Part shown: positions 24,351-32,962 of the stretch, piece by piece
Numbering within the stretch: the stretch's first letter is position 1
Layout: every line of letters starts with the position of its first letter
DNA from: an uncultured virus (IMG/VR IMGVR_UViG_3300031951_000032)
Lineage: Duplodnaviria; Heunggongvirae; Uroviricota; Caudoviricetes
Length of the DNA: 64,000 nucleotides
IMG/VR virus record: IMGVR_UViG_3300031951_000032
Direction: 5' to 3' (one strand)
The notes under the pieces: model-generated
Seen by the model: the letters and a program-made list of their open reading frames with translations, nothing else
What the model was told of the DNA's origin: nothing
Database searches by the model: none
Translations under genes and position numbers: made by a program

Positions 24351-24892
24351 TGAATATCTTTTATCTAGATCACGATCCGAAAACGTGTGCCGAACAACAC
24401 TGCGATAAACACGTGGTGAAGATGATCATTGAGTACGCACAATTGTTATCAACGGCGCATCGGATCCGTGACGGTCAAGAGTATTATGATTTGACTGCAA
24501 ATAATCGTAAGATTAAACGCTGGCGTTTGCCCGATGACCGTGAACAACGATTGATGAAAGCATCACATGTTAATCATCCATCAAACGTTTGGGCTAGGGC
24601 AAACCATTTGAATTACAAATGGCTGTACGAAATGTGGGTGCATTTACTAGACGAGTATACATATCGTTATGGCAAAGTACATGCGTGTGCAAGATTGAAA
24701 GACGATCTGGCTAAACTACCAGAAAAGATTCCTGTCGGGTTGAGTGAAACTGAACCAACACCAGCAATGCCTGATGACTGTAAAATAACCAATAATTCGT
24801 TGGCTTCATATCATAAATACTACAATGAAAAGAAAACACGTTTTGCACGATGGACAAAACGACCTGCACCTAATTGGTACATACCTGCATAA
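24350..24892 (+). CDS. pyrimidine-dimer DNA glycosylase / endonuclease V family
   Basis: MNIFYLD..P..CA..HCDKHVVKMI.EYAQLLSTAH, HP...W, EY..RYGK.H. Confidence 0.8.
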   Translation: MNIFYLDHDPKTCAEQHCDKHVVKMIIEYAQLLSTAHRIRDGQEYYDLTANNRKIKRWRLPDDREQRLMKASHVNHPSNVWARANHLNYKWLYEMWVHLLDEYTYRYGKVHACARLKDDLAKLPEKIPVGLSETEPTPAMPDDCKITNNSLASYHKYYNEKKTRFARWTKRPAPNWYIPA

Positions 24893-25197
24893 TGCCAACA
24901 TACGATTTTTTAAATACTGAAACTGGTGAAACGTTTGAGAAACTTCTAAGCCTTTCCGGCAAAGAGGAATATCTCAAAGAAAATTCACACATTCAACAAA
25001 TTCATCTTGGCGCCATGTCAATTGTCAGTGGCGTATCAATTACTGGTAAAGTACCAGACGGCTTTAAAGAAGTTCTAGCAAAAGTTTCCGAGAATCACAA
25101 ACAATCTTCCGTTGCAAACAAACACGGCAAGAAATCTATCAGAGAATCACAAACACAACGTATCGTGGACAAGCATCTAGGAAAATTTGGGCAGTAA
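24892..25197 (+). CDS. FmdB-like conserved phage protein
   Basis: MPTYDF.N.ETGE.FE motif. Confidence 0.7.
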   Translation: MPTYDFLNTETGETFEKLLSLSGKEEYLKENSHIQQIHLGAMSIVSGVSITGKVPDGFKEVLAKVSENHKQSSVANKHGKKSIRESQTQRIVDKHLGKFGQ

Positions 25198-25230
25198 CTA
25201 CATTATGCTAACTTTTACAAAGGGGCATAT

Positions 25231-25413
25231 ATGGCTAAAAAATCTTTGCAGAAAAAAGTAGCACTTCTGAATGAGTACATCACCAGAGAAATTGAAAAAG
25301 AAATGACCACAGAATTATCACAAATAGAAAAAGACAATATCACTGCAAAGATAGAAAAGAAGTATCCTAGACAAAGTTATCCACACCACAGCCGAAATCA
25401 CTACTTTACATAA
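25231..25413 (+). CDS. hypothetical protein
   Basis: AGGGG SD; TAATG coupling. Confidence 0.55.
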   Translation: MAKKSLQKKVALLNEYITREIEKEMTTELSQIEKDNITAKIEKKYPRQSYPHHSRNHYFT

Positions 25414-26078
25414 TGCGAACATTTGAACATGTAATTTTACCCCAATTACAATTTGACTTAAAAGCAGAAACCACCGATAGTGGTAGATTGTATACTACGC
25501 CAGAAGGCAATCAGTATAGGTCTATCACTACGGTGCTTTCTCATTTCAACAAACAAGCAATCTATGAGTGGCGACAGGCCGTAGGTGAAGAACGAGCAAA
25601 CGAGATATCACGCAAGGCATCAAATCGTGGCACAAAGGTACACAAGATTTGTGAAGATTACATCAACAATGAAATAAACGATTTTAGAATGCAAATGTTG
25701 ATGCCTGATCTGAAGGAACTATTCTTCAAAATCAAGCCAATCATTGATGAGAATGTTGGTAATGTTTATTCACAAGAACAAGCACTATACTCTGACAAAT
25801 ACCGTATTGCTGGTCGTGTAGACTTGATTGCCGAATGGAATGGTAAGTTATCGGTCATTGACTTTAAGACTTCCACCAAGCAGAAGAACGAGCATTATAT
25901 TCAGAATTACTTTATGCAGTGTACAGCATATGCACTAATGTTTGCTGAACGAACTGGTATTTGGATTGATGATATTGTGGTATTGATTGCTACCGAAGAA
26001 GGACCAGCGCAAGTATTTGAAAAGCAGATTCACGATTATCGGCAACCATTGATTGAGATGATTAATAAATATGCTTGA
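25413..26078 (+). CDS. Cas4-like / PD-(D/E)XK exonuclease
   Basis: SITTVLS, RGT.VH, AGRVD, IDFKTS, YF.Q..AYA. Confidence 0.88.
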   Translation: MRTFEHVILPQLQFDLKAETTDSGRLYTTPEGNQYRSITTVLSHFNKQAIYEWRQAVGEERANEISRKASNRGTKVHKICEDYINNEINDFRMQMLMPDLKELFFKIKPIIDENVGNVYSQEQALYSDKYRIAGRVDLIAEWNGKLSVIDFKTSTKQKNEHYIQNYFMQCTAYALMFAERTGIWIDDIVVLIATEEGPAQVFEKQIHDYRQPLIEMINKYA

Positions 26079-26093
26079 CATTTTGGGGGCATC

Positions 26094-26624
26094 ATGCTAT
26101 CATTTAAACAACATACTCAATTAGATGAAGGTAACACGCTGGCAAGACTGGCTAAACACGCTGAAGAGGGTAGGCACTATGCTGTTATTTCCTCACAGCG
26201 ACCACATGATGAAGTATCGCCAGAACAAAATAAGAAGCATCATGAAGAACTTAAAAAGAAACTGACTGCACAAGGCTACACTCACAAAGAAGTTGAAGGT
26301 CATTGGGAAGGTGGTAAAGAAAAGTCTATATTGGTACATGCAAAAGGAAAAGGAGATGAACACGGCAAACAACTCCTCCATGATATTAAAAAACATGGAG
26401 AACATTATAATCAAGACTCAATCTTACATCACGATGGAAAAACAGCGACCCTACACGGAACAAACAAAACAGGATTCCCAGGTCACGGCAAGACAGAGAA
26501 TGTAGGCAAGATGGCTTTCAATAAGCCACATGCACCGTTTCAAACAGAAACAAAACCAAAATCTGACAAGCCGCTGAAACCAGGAAGAACGAGCAAAGGT
26601 TCAGCAAGATTCACAACGGTGTGA
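26094..26624 (+). CDS. SAM-lyase-like (T3 SAMase/DUF3293 fold) protein with head-targeting-type N-terminus
   Basis: YAVISSQR, N..HH, EGHW, EKSILV, YNQDSIL parallel T3 SAMase motifs; MLSFKQ...LDE start; AATAAATA at 26064. Confidence 0.6.
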   Translation: MLSFKQHTQLDEGNTLARLAKHAEEGRHYAVISSQRPHDEVSPEQNKKHHEELKKKLTAQGYTHKEVEGHWEGGKEKSILVHAKGKGDEHGKQLLHDIKKHGEHYNQDSILHHDGKTATLHGTNKTGFPGHGKTENVGKMAFNKPHAPFQTETKPKSDKPLKPGRTSKGSARFTTV

Positions 26625-26625
26625 T

Positions 26626-26796
26626 ATGCAAATTACTGAAAAAGAATACGACCAAAAACTTGATGCGTACTTGAGAGAGCAAGGTCCTAATCCAGGTACT
26701 ACTTTCTTTGGTTCATGGGGTTGGTATGCAGCAAAGAAAAATGAGTTTCAAAGAAAAATAGAACAAGAAGGGTTTGAAGTAATTTCTTCAAACTGA
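26626..26796 (+). CDS. small hypothetical protein (56 aa)
   Basis: fills gap between genes; MQITEKEYDQKLDAYL... Confidence 0.55.
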   Translation: MQITEKEYDQKLDAYLREQGPNPGTTFFGSWGWYAAKKNEFQRKIEQEGFEVISSN

Positions 26797-26804
26797 TATA
26801 AACT

Positions 26805-27977
26805 ATGAAAAAAATAGCGATAGTTGGTAGAGGCACGGTTGGTTGCTTATCAGTAGCACATTATCTTAGATATACCAATTGGAATATAGATTGGATTTAT
26901 GATCCTCTTATTGAAACTACTCCGGTAGGAGAAGGAACGAATTTAATATTTCCGAAATCTCTCAGAGAAACGTTAGGATTTAGTAGCGTTGACATGGATA
27001 ATGTGAACTCTACTCCAAAACTGGGTATTTGGAAAAGAAACTGGGGTCAAGGCGAAGATTTTAAACACACATTTCTTGCTGGTGACCATGGACTACATTT
27101 CAATGCAGTTCAGTTACAAGATTATATCTTTGAAAAAATGAGGAATGATCCAAGAGTTAATTTGATAGAATCAAATATACCAACTCCTGATTCTGTTGAT
27201 AGTGATTATGTTATGATGTGTACTGGATCACCTAAAGATTTGATGGAAGATTATACTGTTCATGATCACATACCAGTAAATGCCGCTATGGTATTTCAGT
27301 GTCCTTGGGATATGCCGAAATTTTTTTATTCATTAACATTCGCCAAAAAATTTGGTTGGGTTTTTGGAATACCATTAAAAAATAGATGCGCCATAGGTTA
27401 TGTTTATAATGATCAATATTGTACTGAAGAGGATATCATAACGGAAGTTCAGGACATACTTGATGAATTTAATTTGGTGCCAACGGCGACTAGAAAACTA
27501 AAATTTAGAAATTATTCCAGAAAACAAAATTTTGATGTTAGAGTTTGTTACAATGGTAACGCTTCTTATTTTCTTGAACCACTTGAGGCTACATCTACGG
27601 GATTTTCAGATTATATTAATAGACTTTCTTTTGATTATTGGTATACGAAAGAATTTAATCAAAATGCAGTAAATGAATTCTATAAAAGAGAAATAACCGA
27701 AACTGAAGCAATGATATGCTTGCATTATTTTTCAGGCTCAGTATATAATAACGAGTTTTGGAAATATGCTCAAAAATTAGGTGAAAATATTATAAAAGAA
27801 AATTTTAAAAATAAAACTAAATTTTCTGAAATTATAAAAGTAGCTTTGGATGAAAAAACTTTAAAAAAACCACATACAGTTTCATTTGAAAGAAGCATAG
27901 GGTCTTGGCCAGTTCTAAGTTATGTGCAAAATATTAAAAATCTTGGAATAGAAGAACGTTTGAAAGAATTGTTGTAA
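26805..27977 (+). CDS. tryptophan-halogenase-family flavoprotein
   Basis: IVGRGTVG, VGEGT, GWVFGIPL, F.EPLEAT motifs. Confidence 0.82.
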   Translation: MKKIAIVGRGTVGCLSVAHYLRYTNWNIDWIYDPLIETTPVGEGTNLIFPKSLRETLGFSSVDMDNVNSTPKLGIWKRNWGQGEDFKHTFLAGDHGLHFNAVQLQDYIFEKMRNDPRVNLIESNIPTPDSVDSDYVMMCTGSPKDLMEDYTVHDHIPVNAAMVFQCPWDMPKFFYSLTFAKKFGWVFGIPLKNRCAIGYVYNDQYCTEEDIITEVQDILDEFNLVPTATRKLKFRNYSRKQNFDVRVCYNGNASYFLEPLEATSTGFSDYINRLSFDYWYTKEFNQNAVNEFYKREITETEAMICLHYFSGSVYNNEFWKYAQKLGENIIKENFKNKTKFSEIIKVALDEKTLKKPHTVSFERSIGSWPVLSYVQNIKNLGIEERLKELL

Positions 27978-28293
27978 TCCCTTCAAAGTGAAGGCATTCT
28001 GGACGTGGGTTCGACTCCCACCTAGTCCACCAGAAGTGTTGTTTAGGGTGATATGTAAGAGTTTAACAAGACTCTGAGGATTGGAATTCCCGACCTGTGA
28101 ACAGCAGGACACTTCTGATGGGCTAGACATGGTTTCGACAGGGTGAGATAGTGGAGAAGGCAACACGATAGGCGATGATCGTTAATCAAGCAAATCTATA
28201 AATGCAAATGACGCATTTTACGGAGAAGAACGCCTAGCGGCTTAACTCTCATGGGGTTTTAGTGGAGTGTACCTTATTACCAAAACACTCTAC
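27969..28293 (+). ncRNA. ssrA: circularly permuted (two-piece) tmRNA; tag ANDAFYGEERLAA
   Basis: T-arm plus CTAGTCCACCA (ends 28032) precedes GGGCTAGACATGGTTTCGAC (28120); G3-U70; tag ORF 28204-28245; outer ends approximate. Confidence 0.92.
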
Positions 28294-28310
28294 ACCAAAT
28301 TCAATACATT

Positions 28311-28994
28311 ATGAAAATCTACAAATCAAATTATCGTAATCATTGGCTTTCTCCTTATGTTATACTGGAGAAGATTTTCTTTTGGCGTGAGATTGAATAT
28401 GATGAACCAATCATCAAAAAACTTTCCGACTTTCTGACCCCATTTAGCGTATCATGGCAAAAGTTTCTTGACTTTGTACATCCAAAAATAAACTATGTGA
28501 AGATTGACCGTTATGATACATGGTCAATGGATCATACATTGGCAGATATCATTCTACCGATGTTGAAACAACTGCGTGATACCAAACACGGTTCACCAAT
28601 GGTTGATGTTGAAGATGTGCCAGAAGAACTGCGTATTGTTGGACATCAAGATGCTTCACCACAACTTGAATTGGTGTTTGATGATCAAGGACAATACGAA
28701 AAAGATTCGTGGGAAATTACCCATCGTCGTTGGGAATGGGTATTGAATGAAATGATTTTTGCCTTTGAACATTTCGTTGATGATTCATGGGAAGAAGCAT
28801 ATCGTTCTGGTGAGATTGATACACATTCTGTTCCATGCGAATGGGATGAAAATGGTAAGCCAACACTCTACACATTTGAAGATGGTCCCAATCACACATA
28901 TGAATGTGACTACGATGGCATGAGAAAAGTTTACGACCGTATGGACAATGGTTTTCGTTTGTTTGGTAAATACTACCGTGGTCTCTGGGATTAA
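28311..28994 (+). CDS. conserved T4-like hypothetical protein
   Basis: ID.YDTWSMDHTLA.IILPMLKQL...LFGKYY.GLWD. Confidence 0.8.
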   Translation: MKIYKSNYRNHWLSPYVILEKIFFWREIEYDEPIIKKLSDFLTPFSVSWQKFLDFVHPKINYVKIDRYDTWSMDHTLADIILPMLKQLRDTKHGSPMVDVEDVPEELRIVGHQDASPQLELVFDDQGQYEKDSWEITHRRWEWVLNEMIFAFEHFVDDSWEEAYRSGEIDTHSVPCEWDENGKPTLYTFEDGPNHTYECDYDGMRKVYDRMDNGFRLFGKYYRGLWD

Positions 28995-29063
28995 AAGTAA
29001 CTAAATAAGTATACTGGCATCACACATAACCCGCCAGTAAACACACACAACACAGGAGTAATT

Positions 29064-29336
29064 ATGAGTAATCTTACACCGTTTGAGATTCGTCTTGAAC
29101 TTCTTAAAATGGCGAAAGACCTTTTATTGGAAGATTATGTTTCCAGTAAAGAACGCCTAATCAATGAATGGCAAGTGAAGGTAGAGTCCGCTAAACTAAA
29201 CGGGCAAGCAATACCAGATCATCCTGCCTTTCCAACTTATCCCACAGAAAATGAAATCATAGCCAAGGCACAAGCCTTGAATGGGTTCGTTTCAAATATC
29301 ACAGCAGAAAAATCACAGAGCAAAAAGTCTGCCTGA
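29064..29336 (+). CDS. conserved phage hypothetical protein
   Basis: AGGAG SD; PFEIRLELLKMAKD motif; ACTAAATA upstream. Confidence 0.8.
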   Translation: MSNLTPFEIRLELLKMAKDLLLEDYVSSKERLINEWQVKVESAKLNGQAIPDHPAFPTYPTENEIIAKAQALNGFVSNITAEKSQSKKSA

Positions 29337-29382
29337 CGGGAACGAAAGTGCTTCGGCACTTTCCTAACTTATAGGAGAAATA

Positions 29383-29934
29383 ATGCGTTACATCACACTA
29401 TTACTTTGTAGTATATTTGCAGCATTTGTTGTTTACATTGGACACGCAGCAGCACAAATAAAAGTACCGATTGAACCAAGAGTTCAACTACAAGATTTAT
29501 CACCCGATGCTAGGGCTGAAGTAGAATGCCTTGCACAGAACATGTATTTTGAAGCAGGACTAGAACCAAGATTAGGTCAACTTGCTGTAGCATTCGTTAC
29601 ACACAATCGGATGCAGTCTGGTGTATTTCCAGATACCTATTGCGGTGTTGTGAAACAAAAAGTTGGCACTGTTTGCCAATTCTCTTGGGTATGTGAAAAT
29701 CGTCCTAAGGATATGATGCGAAAAGGCCTCTTGACACTAGAGAGCAATTCGTTGTATAATAGTGTTACTGAGTTAGCATTGGCGTTTTATCTTTATACTG
29801 AGAAGTTTAAAGATCCAACAAAAGGTGCTTTGTTCTTTCATGCAGACTATGTAAAACCAGGTTGGAATAATATGAGATACACTGTGCAAATCGGCAGACA
29901 TTTATTCTATAATAAGGCAAAGAGAAGTTCATGA
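29383..29934 (+). CDS. SleB-like cell wall hydrolase (Hydrolase_2)
   Basis: CLAQNMYFEA, CQFSW, GALFFHADYV.P.W, IGRHLFY; N-terminal signal. Confidence 0.88.
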   Translation: MRYITLLLCSIFAAFVVYIGHAAAQIKVPIEPRVQLQDLSPDARAEVECLAQNMYFEAGLEPRLGQLAVAFVTHNRMQSGVFPDTYCGVVKQKVGTVCQFSWVCENRPKDMMRKGLLTLESNSLYNSVTELALAFYLYTEKFKDPTKGALFFHADYVKPGWNNMRYTVQIGRHLFYNKAKRSS

Positions 29935-30182
29935 GTATTTTATCAAGTAAAAAGGAGAAGATGATGGAAAAAGGATTGAGTAGTATAACCACAGTTTCAG
30001 TTACTCTGGTTTTACTTTCAGTCGTTGCTGCGGCATGTATCTACGGTTTAAATGACCGTAAACTGATGGCAGCAAATATTGAAAACGCTATTGCAAAAGG
30101 CATTGACCCATTGGCTGTACGGTGTTCATATGCCAAGAGTGATGATATTGTTTGTATTGCACACGCTGCTAATCGTAAATAA
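29931..30182 (+). CDS. small membrane protein
   Basis: TM helix; GIDPLAVRC. Confidence 0.65.
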   Translation: MSILSSKKEKMMEKGLSSITTVSVTLVLLSVVAAACIYGLNDRKLMAANIENAIAKGIDPLAVRCSYAKSDDIVCIAHAANRK

Positions 30183-30197
30183 AACGGAGAATATATT

Positions 30198-30674
30198 ATG
30201 AGTTATAATAGTGATGAACACAATTTCACATTTCGCTTCCATTCTGCTGAAGGTGAACGAGATTTAGAAATGAACTGCAACGCCTTGTATGTTGATGATG
30301 TACTTTCATTTATGAGAGACTTTTTGCAAGGTTGTGGTTACCAAATTGAAGGTACGATTGAAGTTGTGCCATACGAAACTTATGAAGAGTTTGAAAATGA
30401 TCCCCCATTGAATTATAATGAGTATGATGGGTACGCACCAAAGCAAGATAAGTTTTCTATGGACCACTTGCCTAACAATGGATGGCCATTTGGTGCTTTG
30501 AAAACTGAATCTATTTCTGCATTGACTACTGCTGATATAGCCGCTATTAAGCCGATTGATTTCTCTCAGATTAATCAGTATCCTACGATGGCGCCATTAA
30601 CAACTGAACAGGCTTATTCTTGGTCGGCTGAATTGCCAAGCAGCACAGGCAGTAAAATTAAAGTTCAATTCTGA
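30198..30674 (+). CDS. hypothetical protein
   Basis: GGAG SD; FL.GCGY motif. Confidence 0.7.
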   Translation: MSYNSDEHNFTFRFHSAEGERDLEMNCNALYVDDVLSFMRDFLQGCGYQIEGTIEVVPYETYEEFENDPPLNYNEYDGYAPKQDKFSMDHLPNNGWPFGALKTESISALTTADIAAIKPIDFSQINQYPTMAPLTTEQAYSWSAELPSSTGSKIKVQF

Positions 30675-30898
30675 TGCCAACAAAAGATGAAATGCTGAAG
30701 TTCTCTTTGCAGATAGAACGGTTGGTAGCCAATACAGATTACACATATCTTGAGGCTATCACTGAACACTGCAAAGGAACTGGTTTGGAAATTGAGGTTG
30801 CTGCTTCACTCATTACACCAAATCTGAAAGCAAAAATACATGAACAAGCAGAACGTTTAAATATGTTGAAGGTGAAAGGCAATCGTTTACCGATATGA
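30674..30898 (+). CDS. gp33: late transcription coactivator
   Basis: FS..IE.LV....Y.EAI..C....E....LK.KI..A..LN.L...LPI; synteny with 59 and 32. Confidence 0.88.
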   Translation: MPTKDEMLKFSLQIERLVANTDYTYLEAITEHCKGTGLEIEVAASLITPNLKAKIHEQAERLNMLKVKGNRLPI

Positions 30899-31506
30899 CG
30901 GGATATGAAACATTCTGTTTATACACTTCTCTTAAACTCCACTTCAATTCAGATTCTTACGATTACTTTAAGTATAATGGTAAAGTAAGCACAAGCATTG
31001 GTGCATTTGAGAATCGCAAAGATAAGTGGCACTTTTACAAACTCAGCCGGAGATTCACAAATGATGACATATGCCGTGATTATATTGTTGCTAATTTGGT
31101 GTTTAACCATGATGTATGGATAGGTCATCTTCTGACCAATGATGCTGATATTGAATATCGTAAGCGTCAGAAGATTATTCAGTCGTTGACATACACCTTT
31201 ACAAATGAGATTGAATCATTGATGAGTCAGGAGAGTCCAAATGATTCATTAATGGTACAAGACGGTGAGTATCCAGTATTGCTACAGAAACTTTTACATA
31301 ATGAAATTTCACTTGAATCAATTTGTATACTGAATAAGATACTCAACTTTTTGCCGTTATGGGATAAGAAAATCGGTGACACGATTCATTATCCAAACAT
31401 CAGTCGCAAGATAAAGAAGTACACACCATTCATACCATTTGAACCAACAAAATACAAACTTATACTCAAAAAGGAATACGATGCGAATACAGAAAATATA
31501 TCTTGA
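30895..31506 (+). CDS. gp59: helicase loader
   Basis: Y..LKLHF....YDYFKYNGK...F..R.D...F.KL. Confidence 0.9.
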   Translation: MTGYETFCLYTSLKLHFNSDSYDYFKYNGKVSTSIGAFENRKDKWHFYKLSRRFTNDDICRDYIVANLVFNHDVWIGHLLTNDADIEYRKRQKIIQSLTYTFTNEIESLMSQESPNDSLMVQDGEYPVLLQKLLHNEISLESICILNKILNFLPLWDKKIGDTIHYPNISRKIKKYTPFIPFEPTKYKLILKKEYDANTENIS

Positions 31507-32023
31507 TATGGATGGTGTGTTGTCTGACTTCAATAAAAGATATAAAGAAGTTTTTAAACAAAATGCACTGAGTAGTCGTGAACGTGGTGAGAAACATGAT
31601 GATAAATGGAACCAGTTCGTAGACGGCAACAACTTTGAAACCCTTGATTGGTATCCGGGTGGTAAAGAACTATTGAAGTACATTATCTCACTTGATATTC
31701 CTGTAGAGATACTTTCTTCTTCTGGCGGCCGTATGCACCATGAAGAGGTGAAGCGGCAGAAAAAGGTTTGGTTGAAAAGGCACCACATTGACTTTACAGC
31801 CAATATCGTACCTGGTCGTCATTTGAAAGCGAACTATGCCAAATCTGATATTATACTCATTGATGACACACAAGATGTCATTGATGATTTTAATATGGCA
31901 GGCGGCATTGGTATACTTCACAAAGACACGGCTAAAACGATAAAAACTGTGCAGTCTGTACTTGACGATACATATATAAAAGTATATAATGAATCATGTG
32001 GACAAGATGCACATACAATTTAA
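31481..32023 (+). CDS. HAD-family 5'(3')-deoxyribonucleotidase-like protein
   Basis: IYLDMDGVL.DF, ILSS, LIDD. Confidence 0.82.
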   Translation: MRIQKIYLDMDGVLSDFNKRYKEVFKQNALSSRERGEKHDDKWNQFVDGNNFETLDWYPGGKELLKYIISLDIPVEILSSSGGRMHHEEVKRQKKVWLKRHHIDFTANIVPGRHLKANYAKSDIILIDDTQDVIDDFNMAGGIGILHKDTAKTIKTVQSVLDDTYIKVYNESCGQDAHTI

Positions 32024-32048
32024 CATACTAACTTATACGAGGTAATAA

Positions 32049-32915
32049 ATGTCAGATTTTTCTTCTCTTAAACGCAACCGCAATTCGTTTGATAAACTCA
32101 CCAAAGCGGTTGAATCAATCAATACCCCCACAGAAGGCTCCAAAGGTTCTAAAGGTGATGAACGTTTTTGGCAGCCAGAAGTAGATAAAGCAGGTAATGG
32201 TATGGCAGTCATTCGTTTTCTGCCAGGACCATCAGCCGATGGTGATGAAGCATTACCATGGGTTCGTTTGTTTGACCATGGCTTTCAAGGTCCAGGTGGC
32301 TGGTACATTGAAAACTCTTTGACCACTTTGAATCAGAAAGATCCAGTTTCAGAATACAACTCTGTTCTGTGGAATTCTGGTATTGAAGCAAACAAAGAAA
32401 TTGCACGTAAACAGAAACGCCGTTTGTTTTATATTGCAAACATTTATGTTGTTTCTGATCCTAAAAATCCAGAAAACGAAGGTCAAGTCAGACTGTACAA
32501 GTTTGGTAAGAAAATCTTTGATAAGATTACAGAGGCAATGAATCCTCAGTTTGAGGATGAGAAGCCAATTAATCCGTTTGATTTCTGGGAAGGCGCAAAC
32601 TTCAAACTGAAGATTCGTCAAGTTGAAGGCTATCGCAACTACGATAAGTCTGAATTTGAAAGTTCGTCACCTTTGCTTGATGGTGATGATGCTAAACTTG
32701 AAACATTGTGGAAAAAAGAATATTCACTGAAAGAGTTTCTTGATCCTAAAAACTTCAAGTCATATGATGAACTGAAGTCTAAACTGGACAAAGTTTTGGG
32801 TCTAAGTGGTACTGCACCAGTATCAAAGACTAAGGCTGAAGACTTTACACCACGTTCTTCACCCGATATTGAAGATGAAGAACTTGATTACTTTAAGTCT
32901 CTAGCAGAAGATTAA
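32049..32915 (+). CDS. gp32: single-stranded DNA-binding protein
   Basis: DERFW...DKAGNG.AVIRFLP, HGFQG.GGWYIE, acidic C-terminus. Confidence 0.95.
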   Translation: MSDFSSLKRNRNSFDKLTKAVESINTPTEGSKGSKGDERFWQPEVDKAGNGMAVIRFLPGPSADGDEALPWVRLFDHGFQGPGGWYIENSLTTLNQKDPVSEYNSVLWNSGIEANKEIARKQKRRLFYIANIYVVSDPKNPENEGQVRLYKFGKKIFDKITEAMNPQFEDEKPINPFDFWEGANFKLKIRQVEGYRNYDKSEFESSSPLLDGDDAKLETLWKKEYSLKEFLDPKNFKSYDELKSKLDKVLGLSGTAPVSKTKAEDFTPRSSPDIEDEELDYFKSLAED

Positions 32916-32936
32916 TCCTCTACTTAATCAACTGCC

Positions 32937-32962
32937 ACGCCACCTTCGGGTGGCGTTTTTTT
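32937..32962 (+). terminator. intrinsic terminator
   Basis: ACGCCACC-TTCG-GGTGGCG-TTTTTTT. Confidence 0.9.

Noticed and set aside
25413..26078. Cas4-like gene as part of a CRISPR-Cas system
   Set aside because: Stand-alone exonuclease typical of T4-like phages; no cas1, cas2 or array in the window
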